Origin: Fimbriosthenelais zetlandica
Taxonomy: Eukaryota
DNA length: 64,000 nt
Reading direction: 5' to 3'
Assembly (NCBI GenBank): GCA_977030845.1
Contig: OZ365115.1
Span: forward strand, 17,856,001 to 17,920,000
The notes beneath the pieces were generated by a model, which made no database searches, was not told where the DNA came from, and worked only from the letters and a program-made list of their open reading frames with translations. A program made the translations under genes and the position numbers. This document shows positions 38,801-48,840 of the stretch, piece after piece; within the stretch, counting starts at the first letter, position 1; every line of letters starts with the position of its first letter.

Positions 38801-41800
38801 AATCCCACCCGCAGAGAAAACCCCAAATCAGTGCAACAAAGGAATGGCACCACAAGAAATAACGGTAGATCGCCAATACATCATAGAATAATATTCACTG
38901 TTATACATTATAAGTGAACCATTATTTCCGAAGTTTCAGTTCACAGATCCATATATTCATACTAAATCAATAGAAGCATTCATGAATGTCAGAAAATGTC
39001 AATCTGTCCATGGATTAGACCCTGGGGTGAATTGATTTGAGATCTTCTGAGGTTCCTCTGTCAATCATAAACCCTTCAAGCCTTGTATTTTGGGTTCTCA
39101 CACCAATGATACTAAAGCCCATATTCCACTGCTGCGATTGTCCTTACGACACTACTGCGACAAAAGTGATTCTTGTATCGCAATGAAATTTATAATTGTG
39201 GTTGAAGTGGCCAAGGCCTTAAGGCCGTCATCCACTGGTACATTTTACATTGCCACACAAGCATCGCCTTTCTCGCAGTAGTATCGCAAGCAAAATCGCA
39301 GCAGTGGAGTATGGGCTTAAGAGTCATTGACCAGAGAAACAGAAGCTTATCATCAAATAATAAATGGCCATCTTATGACATTGCTTCAAGAAAGTACAGG
39401 ACGTGGTCAACCAAAATCATTTCATGGGAAACAGGCCAAGTGGAATGATAGTGATTTTGGTGGAATTGGAATGTATGCTAATGCCTGGATTGTGCATGGG
39501 TCCCAATGCTTGCAGGTAGAGAAATGGCATGAGACCTTTGTAGTCATTGGTAATGGCATGCTAAGGGTAAAGCCTATTCCTCCCAGGGACGCTGGGGAGT
39601 GGGAGGAAAAACGAGTTTGATATCGACCAATCACCAGTCACCTCATGCCATGTGGTCATGAAAATTGTGTGTGCTTTAAAGGCGACGTTCATGGAATAAT
39701 GTCATACACCAGTGAAAATATTAAAGATTTTGTCCCTTGAAAGACAATGACATGAACTAGAATTTCTTTCCAAGTGGGTAATCTAAGCAATTTGCCATCA
39801 AGTGATTCTATGCTGAGCACTTGAAGAGCCATCCTTCGGACGTGATTTGATTTCCTGTTTATAAATGTGACAAAAGGAAATGGGAGCTGGGCTAGTGAGC
39901 TTGTATAGAGGTCGACTATTGGAAGGATGTAAAAGTACAGTCATCAGCATCCATTCCAGCAGCGTTTCTCTGGTACTGAACATTCCAGGAAGTCTTACAC
40001 CCCAAGGAAATATCCAACAGTTCCCAAGTATAGATGGAATTCCAAAAGTTTCCCCATGTTCTGATCCTGCTAACTGTGAAAGGTGAATGGGGGTGGGGGT
40101 TGCATCAGAATGACTTAGTGACCAGTACAGGATTAATCTGATTGGTCGGGCAGTGGGTCACGTGTTGCCTTTCATGTGGTGATGTGAGATAATTGTATCA
40201 GCTTTAATGAATCACATTGCCACATGAGTGGGGAGGCATGGAGGCCAGAGAGGAAATGCCTGGTCTCAGACATAGAGAGAGAGAGAGGCATTGGTTGGTG
40301 AGTGGGTGGTGGTAGGGTAGAGGTGGTGTCAGGGAAAGGAGTGTTCGGATCAAATAAGGTCAGGAAGGGGACAATTCGACAAGGCTAATAACTCCGCAAA
40401 GTTCATCCTTTGTCCCCTGGTAAATCCTTCAATGAAGGCTTACACAGGTTCTATACAAAGACTGCTTTGTACGTATAAAATCAATCACTCGAAGGCAATG
40501 AAGCTTTATGTGGCTTCTGAGTTGGAATATATCTCTTGATGTAACCAGTCTCAGAATCATATATACATTGAGGCATGGAAACTATACCCAGAAGACAGAC
40601 AGTTGTTCTCGCTAAAGTTTACATAAAATCACAGCATTCCTATTCCAGACTTGCAGTTTTTTCTATTAAATCTTACCAGATGGCCATTCCTTCTGAGCAA
40701 ATGATAATTCATTTTTCATTTTCATATGCTACAATTTTACTGCCGTGACCAATGTGATGTTTGTGTCGCAATGACAAATGTACCAGTGTAGTACGGCTTT
40801 AAGTCCTTGAACACCTCAAGCCAATTTCATAACAAAAATTAGCCATAGACTTAGCATTGGTAATCTTTCTTTTGAAATAGGACCCTGGACCACAATATAA
40901 TAATTTCATTGCGACACAAGAATCATCTTCGTCGCACTAGTGTCCCAAACACAATCACATCAGTGGAGTACAGGCTTCAAATAGCTAGTGTTTCTATTTT
41001 GCGACTTTGTGATGAAATCAAACTTCTCTGCATGAGCCATTCCACTAGAAGACTAGATGAGGACTCCGTTTACATGTAATATCTACAGATATATAAGCAA
41101 TAACCAAAAGTGTGCAATACTGGTACTGATCGACCCTCCCCAGCACCTTGGACCTGGGGCCTGTTTCAGAACAACCATTAGCAATGCTAAGTCTATGGGA
41201 AATTTTGACGCTGAAACAGGCCGCAGCTGGCGGTAGCTATAGAGATCCAGCTCCATAGCGTTGTCAGTACTGTCATTTAGCCTACCAATCTCTCTGATTT
41301 CCTTTCACCCAAGGGTTAAGACCAAAATACCTCTGTGACTACGGGAGGCTAATTTGTCATCATGAGCTCTGCTGGGGACCAATTGCTTCTAGTTTTGTAA
41401 AACTCATCCTGCATGGACATAGTTTTCCCTTGATAGGAGAGGCGGGCTGAGAGGGGCTGAGAGGGGCTGAGAGGGGCTGAGGTCTTAACCCGATCATCCA
41501 TATCAGCCTACATACCCTAAATAGATGTGGCCTTCCAATCGAGAGCCCTATTCCTAACTCCCAAAACTCATTGTTTGAAAGCGTCTACAGTTTTACCTCC
41601 ACAAGGAATGGCTTGTCACTACCATTCATGGGTTGGGTCTCTTTTGTCTTGAAGACTGTGCACTATTTGTGAAATCCATTAGATAAGCACATTGCAATCT
41701 TATAATTGCGCACATTCTAATGAAGCCCTTTTCACTAATGGCCAAGAGAGACTGTGGTAGATAGAAAGCCCAATTCATGGCCTACTAACCCACATATTCA

Positions 41801-42326
41801 ACGCCCAACATCGTCTAATTTCAGATGAAAAGGAGAAGATGGAGAATAAAATCAAATTTGTTAAATGTAATGAGGTTGTCACAAGAAGTTCGTCCCTCCT
41901 AGGTGCAAATTGGTGTATTCAAACATCCTACTGCTACAGGGTCTATTAATTAATCAATATTTACATTCTCCTTTAAGAGATCGTATAATGAACATGGCAG
42001 GATTGCTGGCTTCCTTGATGTTGGAAGATACAAAGTGACATCTGACAAAAGCTTGTTGCCCTTTGAACGAAGCAAGTGCTTCTAAGCGACCCACCATCTT
42101 GTCCAATAGTACAAAGAGTACATATAGATCTGCTACTCTTACTTCATACAAAATAGCTGTTACAAAGATTGAAGACAACCTACCTGTGGTATTTTGAAGA
42201 GTTTGAGGAGGTTGGCTACTTGTATTGAGGTGACACTGGAGGGCGCCCCGACCACTCCAGCTATCATCTGTGGTTTAGACCCATCTTTACACTCATATTG
42301 TGAACCGCCGATGTTACTGATAGAGC
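20637..42326 (-). CDS. mtt: Metabotropic glutamate receptor-family class C GPCR, mXr/mangetout (class IV mGluR)-like; 5'-incomplete, 10 exons, ~804 aa visible
   Basis: Join (minus): 42326-42184, 28721-28551, 28350-28209, 26006-25864, 25265-25112, 24160-24027, 23444-23333, 23097-22961, 22806-21690, 20800-20637. All introns are GT-AG with consistent phases. Venus-flytrap domain, 9-Cys domain and 7TM are present (KASGRELS, LLTKTNRIARIF, PEAFNESKYIGFTMYTTC, FTPKMY). Motifs GSISNI, VSFFS.SP.LS, KDSGVA, FGSDQEV, LVSDGNE, QLQFVSD.V match my recall of Drosophila mangetout/DmXR. The symbol is the fly orthologue name and was not confirmed by phylogeny. Confidence 0.92.
21690..22806 (-). CDS. mtt: mGluR-like exon encoding the cysteine-rich domain, 7TM and proximal C-tail
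   Basis: Track ORF 21652..22806. Nine Cys in PSSMCGRNC...HCCWSCIPC...ACQECP...KIC, then seven hydrophobic segments; donor GATG/gtaagt at 21689; 1117 nt. Confidence 0.96.
22961..23097 (-). CDS. mtt: mGluR-like exon (VFT C-terminal end)
   Basis: (G)LTGHKFRFLPNGDPPPKYRILNFRQPRPGHYEWVTVGTYDNKKLR; donor gtaagt; 137 nt. Confidence 0.93.
23333..23444 (-). CDS. mtt: mGluR-like exon (VFT)
   Basis: NMHEDFCGGPEHPGLCPEMTPYDGELLRNYLLNVRFR(G); donor gtgaga; 112 nt. Confidence 0.93.
24027..24160 (-). CDS. mtt: mGluR-like exon (VFT)
   Basis: (E)TPFNQNYSKLCNGTEKQTRTNGYVPEAQLQFVSDSVMAFAFALR; donor gtaagt; 134 nt. Confidence 0.93.
25112..25265 (-). CDS. mtt: mGluR-like exon (VFT)
   Basis: VEGAVTVQPYAEPIRGFEQYFLNLRPETNMRNPWFIEYWEDYFKCRLPNSS(E); contains RNPWF..W; donor gttagt; 154 nt. 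Confidence 0.94.
25864..26006 (-). CDS. mtt: mGluR-like exon (VFT)
   Basis: (G)VIVFGSDQEVGELMRAIDRNNLTGYFTFIGSDGWGGRVLVSDGNEAQ; contains the GSDGW motif; donor gtgaga; 143 nt. Confidence 0.94.
27006..27224. mobile_element. MITE family 3 (AGCCCGACATCCAC ends)
   Basis: Related copies at ~46762-46980 (reverse), 47494-~47630 (truncated) and ~55013-55174; shared internal GATCGGCAAAGATCAAAAT and GGTCCCGATCGCCTGTGATC. Confidence 0.8.
28209..28350 (-). CDS. mtt: mGluR-like exon (VFT)
   Basis: GFAEVEELLKQEGICLATTAKLTKDSGVAVASAYDKIVHDLKKTNTR(G); 142 nt; not in the ORF track (no ATG). Confidence 0.92.
28551..28721 (-). CDS. mtt: mGluR-like exon (VFT)
   Basis: VSFFSSSPALSSEQRYPFFMRTIPSDKNQAEAMVELVKLFNWTYVAGVYEESSYGQM; 171 nt; donor gtttgt. 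Confidence 0.94.
28995..29133. mobile_element. MITE family 2 (~67 bp unit, GGGCC..GGCTC ends, CWG flanks); here two units in inverted arrangement forming a palindrome
   Basis: Core TTAGCAATGCTAAGTCTATGGCTAA. Other copies at 1668-1733, 28764-28830, ~40816-40885, 41157-41223, 42417-42534, 49718-49784, 54259-54327 and a short one at ~55908-55952. CAG direct repeats flank the copies at 1668, 28764 and 54259. Confidence 0.8.
32958..33110 (+). mobile_element. tRNA-derived SINE head or tRNA pseudogene
   Basis: A box TAGCTCAGTTGG (32966-32977) and B box GGTTCAATCCC (33029-33039); spacing is extended and there is no clean acceptor stem. Confidence 0.55.
35670..35890. repeat. Interspersed repeat built of TTACAGG/CCTGTAA words; related copy at ~43590-43745
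   Basis: Both loci carry ATTACAGGACCGT and repeated TTTACAGGG / CCTGTAAA words in inverted arrangement. Confidence 0.5.
36897..37107. mobile_element. MITE family 1, copy B
   Basis: TTA-AGCCTGGAATACACTAATCCGATT...GATTAGTGTGTTCCAGGCT-TTA; internal sequence shared with copy A. Confidence 0.85.
39116..39317. mobile_element. MITE family 4 (AGCCCATATTCCACTGCTGCG ends, TAA target duplication)
   Basis: TAA-AGCCC...GGGCT-TAA. A second copy lies at 56028-56216, also TAA-flanked; fragments at ~40735-40800 and ~40900-40977. Confidence 0.8.
42184..42326 (-). CDS. mtt: mGluR-like exon (VFT lobe I)
   Basis: (G)SISNIGGSQYECKDGSKPQMIAGVVGAPSSVTSIQVANLLKLFKIPQ; acceptor tttcag, donor gtaggt; 143 nt. Confidence 0.94.
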
Positions 42327-45300
42327 CTGAAAACAGAAGAGAGAAGTGTGTTAGCAAGTCCGGTACAAAATCACAAGTTATTTTATATTAAACGAGTTCT
42401 AACTGTATCAATTCGGGGCCGATTTCAAAAGAAATGCTAAGTCTATGACTATTTTTTGTTTTGAAATGGACCCGTTTCAAAAGGAATATTAGCCATAGTC
42501 TTAGCATTGTTAATATTCCTTTTGAAACAGGCCCCAGAATGAGTAAGGGTCGATATTAAGCAATATGTACATGTAGTTGGTAGCTGAACTTTTGAGCGAC
42601 AAAAAAGGGGAAGAGATCCTGACCTCCTCAAGACTCTCTGTAACCCTCTTAATATGGTCAGTTTTAGCGAAAGAAATATGGGCTCCACGCATCCAAGCAA
42701 TACCATAGAACGACCAACAAATGCTGGTTCTAGGGGTTTTCCCTGAACTCCCAGAAGGGAAATGAAACGCTTCACACCCGCATAATAAGGGTAGTATAAT
42801 AGGCCATGAGAGGCACTGGAGGCCGCGTGGGGATCCAAATCCGCCCTTTATGATGGCCAAGACTTTACACGAGACAGCGGGGACTATTTTCGAGATATAT
42901 TGACGATTAACTCTTGCCCTGTGGCACTTTATGTTGTAGCTGGGCCAATGCAGCATGAAATTGTTGAAGGATATAGTGAATGTGATTCAGCATTAAGAAA
43001 GCTTTCAGCTGAGTTAAATTTATCCACTTGAGGTAATGGAGGGGAGAAATACCATTTAGAGCAATGCTAGCAAATGGACTTCTTCCTTCTGTTCACCGAG
43101 AAATAAACGGAAGATTCCGGTTATAGCTGTAATAGCTATATAGGCCAGAAACTGGTTCATCAGAGACACTGCAATGTGAAAGCTTAAACCGACACTAATT
43201 TCAGTGGCAAATCTTTACCTATTTTGAACCATAAACTATGTAACAGTATCAACACGTTAACACCTTTAATTAGCTTCCCTGCCTTTCTCAGGTTCATAGT
43301 TTGTGAAAAGAAAATCAAATTAACTAGCGTTACGATCGGCACATACATAAAATGGTCTGTGGCGATAATAGGTGTTGAGTTTCAATTCTATCTATAGTTT
43401 CTACTTCCAGAGAGGCAACCGTGTAATTATGACAAAAATGACAAATCTGGAGAAGTAATTTGAACTGTATGATGAAAATTTGTCAGCAGTTTCCCCACAA
43501 TTTGCATCATCAAAATTATATCTCTGATTTTCAAGGCCAGCTTGAATGACTTCCATGAAAAATATCACACAGGCAATGCAAATATAAATTTCAGGAGAGT
43601 CCTGTAAAATTATTACAGGACCGTAATGGTTCACACACGTTCAGTGTAAAATAAAATACATGACTCAATACAAGTAAATTTTACAGGGAGATTAAACCCC
43701 ATTTTACAGGGAGGTGGTCCTGTCATTTAGGTCATGTAATCTGGCAGTATGATATACATTATACTTCATTTAGTAATATATGAAGTGAAAAATTAATTGC
43801 CAGATAAATTTGAGCTGAATAAACAAAATGCAATTAGCAACTGCCCTTATACTTCAATGAGTGCGGGGTGGGTACATATGTGCTGACCCTGTTCAGAACT
43901 GAAAATCTAGTACCCGGCCAATTTGAAAGAGTTCTAAAGATTTGAAATTGGTAAAGGCTGAGAATCAACCTGAGCAAATGAATGGTCTGGCATCCTGAAT
44001 GCCCCTGCTGGAACTGAAGTGCCGTTAGACAAAGACCTGTATTTTTTCTCACAGGAACCTTCAATTGATTTGCACTCAGTTCCACCTTTGGAGCTATTTG
44101 AACTCTGCCATACTGCCATTCAAACTCTTGTTTGCTTTCCTGCTCGCCCGCCCTAAAATAATGGCCCATTCCCCTCCTTTATATCGAGGATCATAAATCA
44201 TAAAAACACTCTAGACTGAATGCTATAAGTTCGTCTCTTGTGTCTTGCTTCATAATGTTCCTTTTGTAAACTTCTGAAAAGGAGGCGGAATAAGATGTGG
44301 TGAAGGGTACATATTGTCCACAGTGTTCAGACGTACACAATTTTCAAAGTACGGACTACAAAGTATGTTATTATTATAGTTTTTATACTTCCCACACAAT
44401 ATACCACATAAAAGAAAATTTAAGCTTTAGTCTTGCACTGACAAAGATATATATTAAACATCGGTGTAACAGATCAGACTTCAGGGTGTACTGAGAGGTA
44501 TTCATCCATCAAAATCGATTGTAAATAGCACCATGATAAGAAGGTAATGCATTGTTGGATTCCAATCAATAAAATCTCCATCTTGCCATAATGAAGATTG
44601 AGATGAAAATCAGCTTTAAATGATCCCATATGTGATACAGATGGAAAACCAATAAACGTAGCTTTTCTTGTATCAATTATATCCTCAGATATTGCACTAC
44701 ACATTGAACTCAATGGCTGTGAATTTGCTAAGTGACCCATGCAACAACCAAGGGTGCATACGCAAGAGGTGCATATCCCCATCATTGCATTGCATTTATA
44801 GCTGCAACTAAATCTAATGGATTTGATATCATATTATAGACAATATAATATCACTGAGGGGACTTTGCCACTCAGGAAAAATACTGATATGTAGGCACCT
44901 TATAGACCTTTAAATGACTTAGCATGCTCAGTAATAGTGTCAAGAGTCAATGACCATTTTACTTGCAGATTTCCAGAGCAAACGAGTGGCACAGTCAACC
45001 ACATGGCTTTTTAAGGTGCTGTACACGAGGGCTACATTATCTTATCTGAGCAAGTAGGAGGAAAGCCAGATAAGGTTCTTTGTCATTCTCCCTCCTACTG
45101 TATTAACATTGGGTATGTCCCATATTCCCCAGGCCTCTTGAGAAATGCTTCAATATTCGAACTGAAGACATCCAGTCGGCCATAAGAATGCATGTCGCGC
45201 AGCAGTGCCTGCATATATTCCTTATGGGAGGACCTTTATTCATTGCACCCCGTAAGACACATACGGTGTTGGCTGAGCGTGTAAATAGGGCCTTGTTTCC

Positions 45301-45459
45301 TGCTGCTCCCACATTGATTTATTGTTGCATGGTTGAGTCTGATGTTGCCAAGACACAATAGATGGCATTGTGTGTGCACCACGGTCGATTCCCCTGATCA
45401 GGCAACTAACCCGACAAGTGAGGGAATCTAGAACAGTCAGTACTTCATTCAGTCTATTA

Positions 45460-45661
45460 AGCCTGGAACACTAATCCGATTCTCCAATCCGTCGCCATCC
45501 GAACCTCCATTTCTAATGGCATCCAATGATTGAAATTTTGTCAGTGTATAGCCTTACTGAGGTGTAATTGACTGTTCAAATTACAATCATTTGGTGTGAA
45601 TAGAAATATTGTTTTCGACACCTATCGGATGCATCCGGATCGGATTAGTGTATTCGAGGCT
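45460..45661. mobile_element. MITE family 1, copy C
   Basis: TTA-AGCCTGGAACACTAATCCGATT...GATTAGTGTATTCGAGGCT-TTA. Confidence 0.85.
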
Positions 45662-46006
45662 TTACGGTGGAGGACTTGGTGGTGGCACAGGGAGAGGTAT
45701 ATATCACAATTTGTAAAGTATAATCCTATATGAAAGTGACATTTTAAGAAAGCACTAACTATCACAAAAGCCTCCTTAGTGATACAGGACGGTTGGACAA
45801 TCCACCATCCTGTATGAGCACTGTTTCATGCAGTGGGAATTCACCTGAAACTCAGGGCAATTTGAGAGATGCCGTGTCAACTGATAGCCCAGGTGGCTGT
45901 TTCTATAGTCATTTTAGTGAATTTATTCCCATATTTAATCACCCCTAGTGTTTAGTAAATGATTCAATGGCTGTAAAATGAAAATCTAGGCCAATTTTTT
46001 TCATCG

Positions 46007-46370
46007 ACTGCTCAGGGAATCATTTTTTCCTCCATTAGCATACCTTCGTCCATCGATTCCCACTTGAAAATTGTAATATACTTGTAATATGTTTTTGCAC
46101 TTAAGGAAGAGTTTCGAAATTCAAGATGCCATTACAAATAGCTGGATAATGGGAGTGATTGAGGGAGTATGTAGGCTGCATATAAACAATGGGCGACTGC
46201 TCAGGGGCAAACATTTTTTACCCATTGGCATACCTTCGTCCATGGATACTCACTTGAAAATTGTAATATACTTTGTAATATGTTTCTATACTTCAGGAAG
46301 ACATTCGAAATTCAAGATGCCATTACAAATAGCTGGATATTGGGACTAATTGATAGAGTCTACATGTATA
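46007..46370. repeat. Tandem duplication, ~190 bp x2
   Basis: GACTGCTCAGGG...GCATACCTTCGTCCAT...CACTTGAAAATTGTAATATAC...TTCGAAATTCAAGATGCCATTACAAATAGCTGGATA occurs twice. Confidence 0.9.
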
Positions 46371-46689
46371 TAGGAAAGGGGCCAATAGCGACAAACAATT
46401 TACATGCCCTAATAGATAGCTTGGGGGGGAAAACAGAGCTCGGGGGGAAGTCGCAGATGAAGAAGCTTTGGGCAAACTCCCAGGGGATTTTTTAAGACGA
46501 GTTGAAGGGATAAACCATGGCACTTCTCCCATCATACCTCCCAAACGGGAAATTGACATGCCTGCCCCGACTCCCAGATGGCGCTCCGTGTAGACAGAAC
46601 AAACGATCACGGCGCCGCACTACGGGCAGTGATCGAACCAGGAATGATTGATGACGTCATGGTGGGTGACTTGATGTGGGACACCAACG

Positions 46690-47150
46690 TCAAGGACGGA
46701 TCCAGCAATTTGAAAAGGGCGGAGGGGGGGGTTCGAATTTGAGTTGAGTTGGGAGCAGTGTCCCCATCCACACCAGCCCGATTTTCATGCCGATTTTGTG
46801 ATTTTAAGCGATCGAACAGGCGATCGGGATCCCCCAAAAAGATCCGTTCAAATGATCGGGCTGGTGGATGCCAACATCTTGAGATCGGCGCCGATTTTTC
46901 AATGGTAAATAAATAGAGAAATGATCTTTGCCTATCACATAAATCGGTGCCCTCAGAGATCGTACAGTGGGTGTCGGGCTTAGGAAAGATCCCACATAAA
47001 TAGGACCGTTCAGTACTGAAACCTACATAATTATATATGATAGATTCAAACTGTCCTACCCACGTTGTTTGGGCATATCTTTTTCAAGATCTTTTATTTC
47101 TTTATTTCTAAAAAAGGGGGGTTCGATCGAACCCCCCTGAACCCGCCCCT
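46690..47150. mobile_element. GGATCCAG-type non-autonomous repeat, second copy at ~58910-59240
   Basis: Both copies share GGATCCAGCAATTTGAAAAG..GGGGTTCGAATTTGAGTTG and TAAATAGGACC(G/C)TTCAGTA..ACCTACATA and end near TTCG..AACCCCCC. A related short element lies at ~6183-6340. Confidence 0.65.
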
Positions 47151-48686
47151 GACTCATGACAGAAAAAGAGGCCTACCATACCAGACATTGAAGGCTATAA
47201 AGCAGTAGGGGAAGAGAGAGAAAGAGAGCCCCCTGAGACCATCGCAATAGAGATGTCACAAAATGCACATTTGTCCAGGAGAGGTTGGGTGCCATTCAAT
47301 GTCACTGCCCCGTCTTGGGTGATCCATTATGTATCCCCATTGTAGGACATCTATGTGAGGGCTTCCAACTACTTCTTGGGTTGTGTTATTGGAAGGACAT
47401 CATCCATAAATATTTAATATCCTTTATACGTTTTATATGTAATCACAGAATGTCAAGCATAACTACGACTGTGGAGTAATCTGAGCTGCCTAAAGCCCGA
47501 CATCCACTGTATGATCTTTGGAAAAACAGATTTTTCTGATCGGCAAAGATCAAAATAAAATCGTTCCGGATCATTTCTCTATTGATTTAACATTGGAAAA
47601 TCTGTTTTGGGGGTCCCGATCGCCTGTGATCCTTACTTAAACCTTACTGCAATGGAAGATAAAACTGGGCGAATTAAGTGAAAAGTTGATATTCTTATCT
47701 CAATAATCATATTGTGAAGATGTACAGCTGTCACTATATAGAGCTATACAATTATTTTCATTTTCCCCATGTATTTTAAATGAAGATTTTATAGGAATGA
47801 TCTGGCCAACAATTATACTCTCCGAAAGCAGCCATATTGCAAAGGAAGATTTCCAGAAATACGTAACCCTGAAGGCAAATTGTGTTAATTTATGGCATAG
47901 ATGTTTTTAGGATTATTGAGGGGTGCTGAATCTAAATCTGCTGTATGCCCAAGCCAATTCTCAATTTGGATTCAAGAGGTGTATAATTTCACATAATTAT
48001 ATAGTATAGTCATGTCTCAACTGTTTCTGTTCTATTATTGGATTGCAATAGTGTTAGCTGAAAAATGTTAAGCAATAGTCTGTATGAAGTAGACAGCATG
48101 AATATGTAAATATTATGAAGAATTCTAATCCATCACAATGCAAACAGAACAAACTGTATTTACCATCAAACTTGTAATATGGCCAACATTAGATTTATTG
48201 CTAAAACAACATATGGTACTTGTACTGGGAAGAACTGCATGGCAGGGCAATCTTGGCATTGAGGGATGAAGGGCATCAGATCAAGCCAGACAAGAAATCA
48301 AAAATACTTGTAGAGACGGGATCCTTGTGAGATTATGAGATATATGCTAGTGGGCCATATATATGCCACACGTACAGTGTGTGGGGTCATATGGCATAGC
48401 AAATAAATCACAATTCCTTTATGGTTATGGCCTGCATCCAGCCATATATACAGAGTGGGTCTATGGAAAGATGGATGCAGCAGATAGTGTAGCCGAAAAC
48501 AATTTATGGAGATGGGCTCTTATTTCATAGTCATAGGCAATTGAAAATGATCCAGTGTTCACAGGACGGAGCACATTTGTTATGGATTACATTTAGTGAG
48601 CACCTGGGATATGAGACTTATCATAGCATTGAATGGTGAGCAACTCAATATAATAACTCATGTTTTGTTTTTGTCATGAAAAATGA

Positions 48687-48840
48687 NNNNNNNNNNNNNN
48701 NNNNNNNNNNNNNNNNNNNNNNNNNNNNNNNNNNNNNNNNNNNNNNNNNNNNNNNNNNNNNNNNNNNNNNNNNNNNNNNNNNNNNNNNNNNNNNNNNNNN
48801 NNNNNNNNNNNNNNNNNNNNNNNNNNNNNNNNNNNNNNNN
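48687..48840. other. Assembly gap (154 N)
   Basis: Run of n characters; the true length is unknown. Confidence 1.

Noticed and set aside
46323-46610. ORF containing LGGMMGEV, loosely like LGGLMMVH of mXr receptors
   Set aside because: No flanking conservation (no GD upstream, no CG or LEAM downstream), and it overlaps a tandem duplication.
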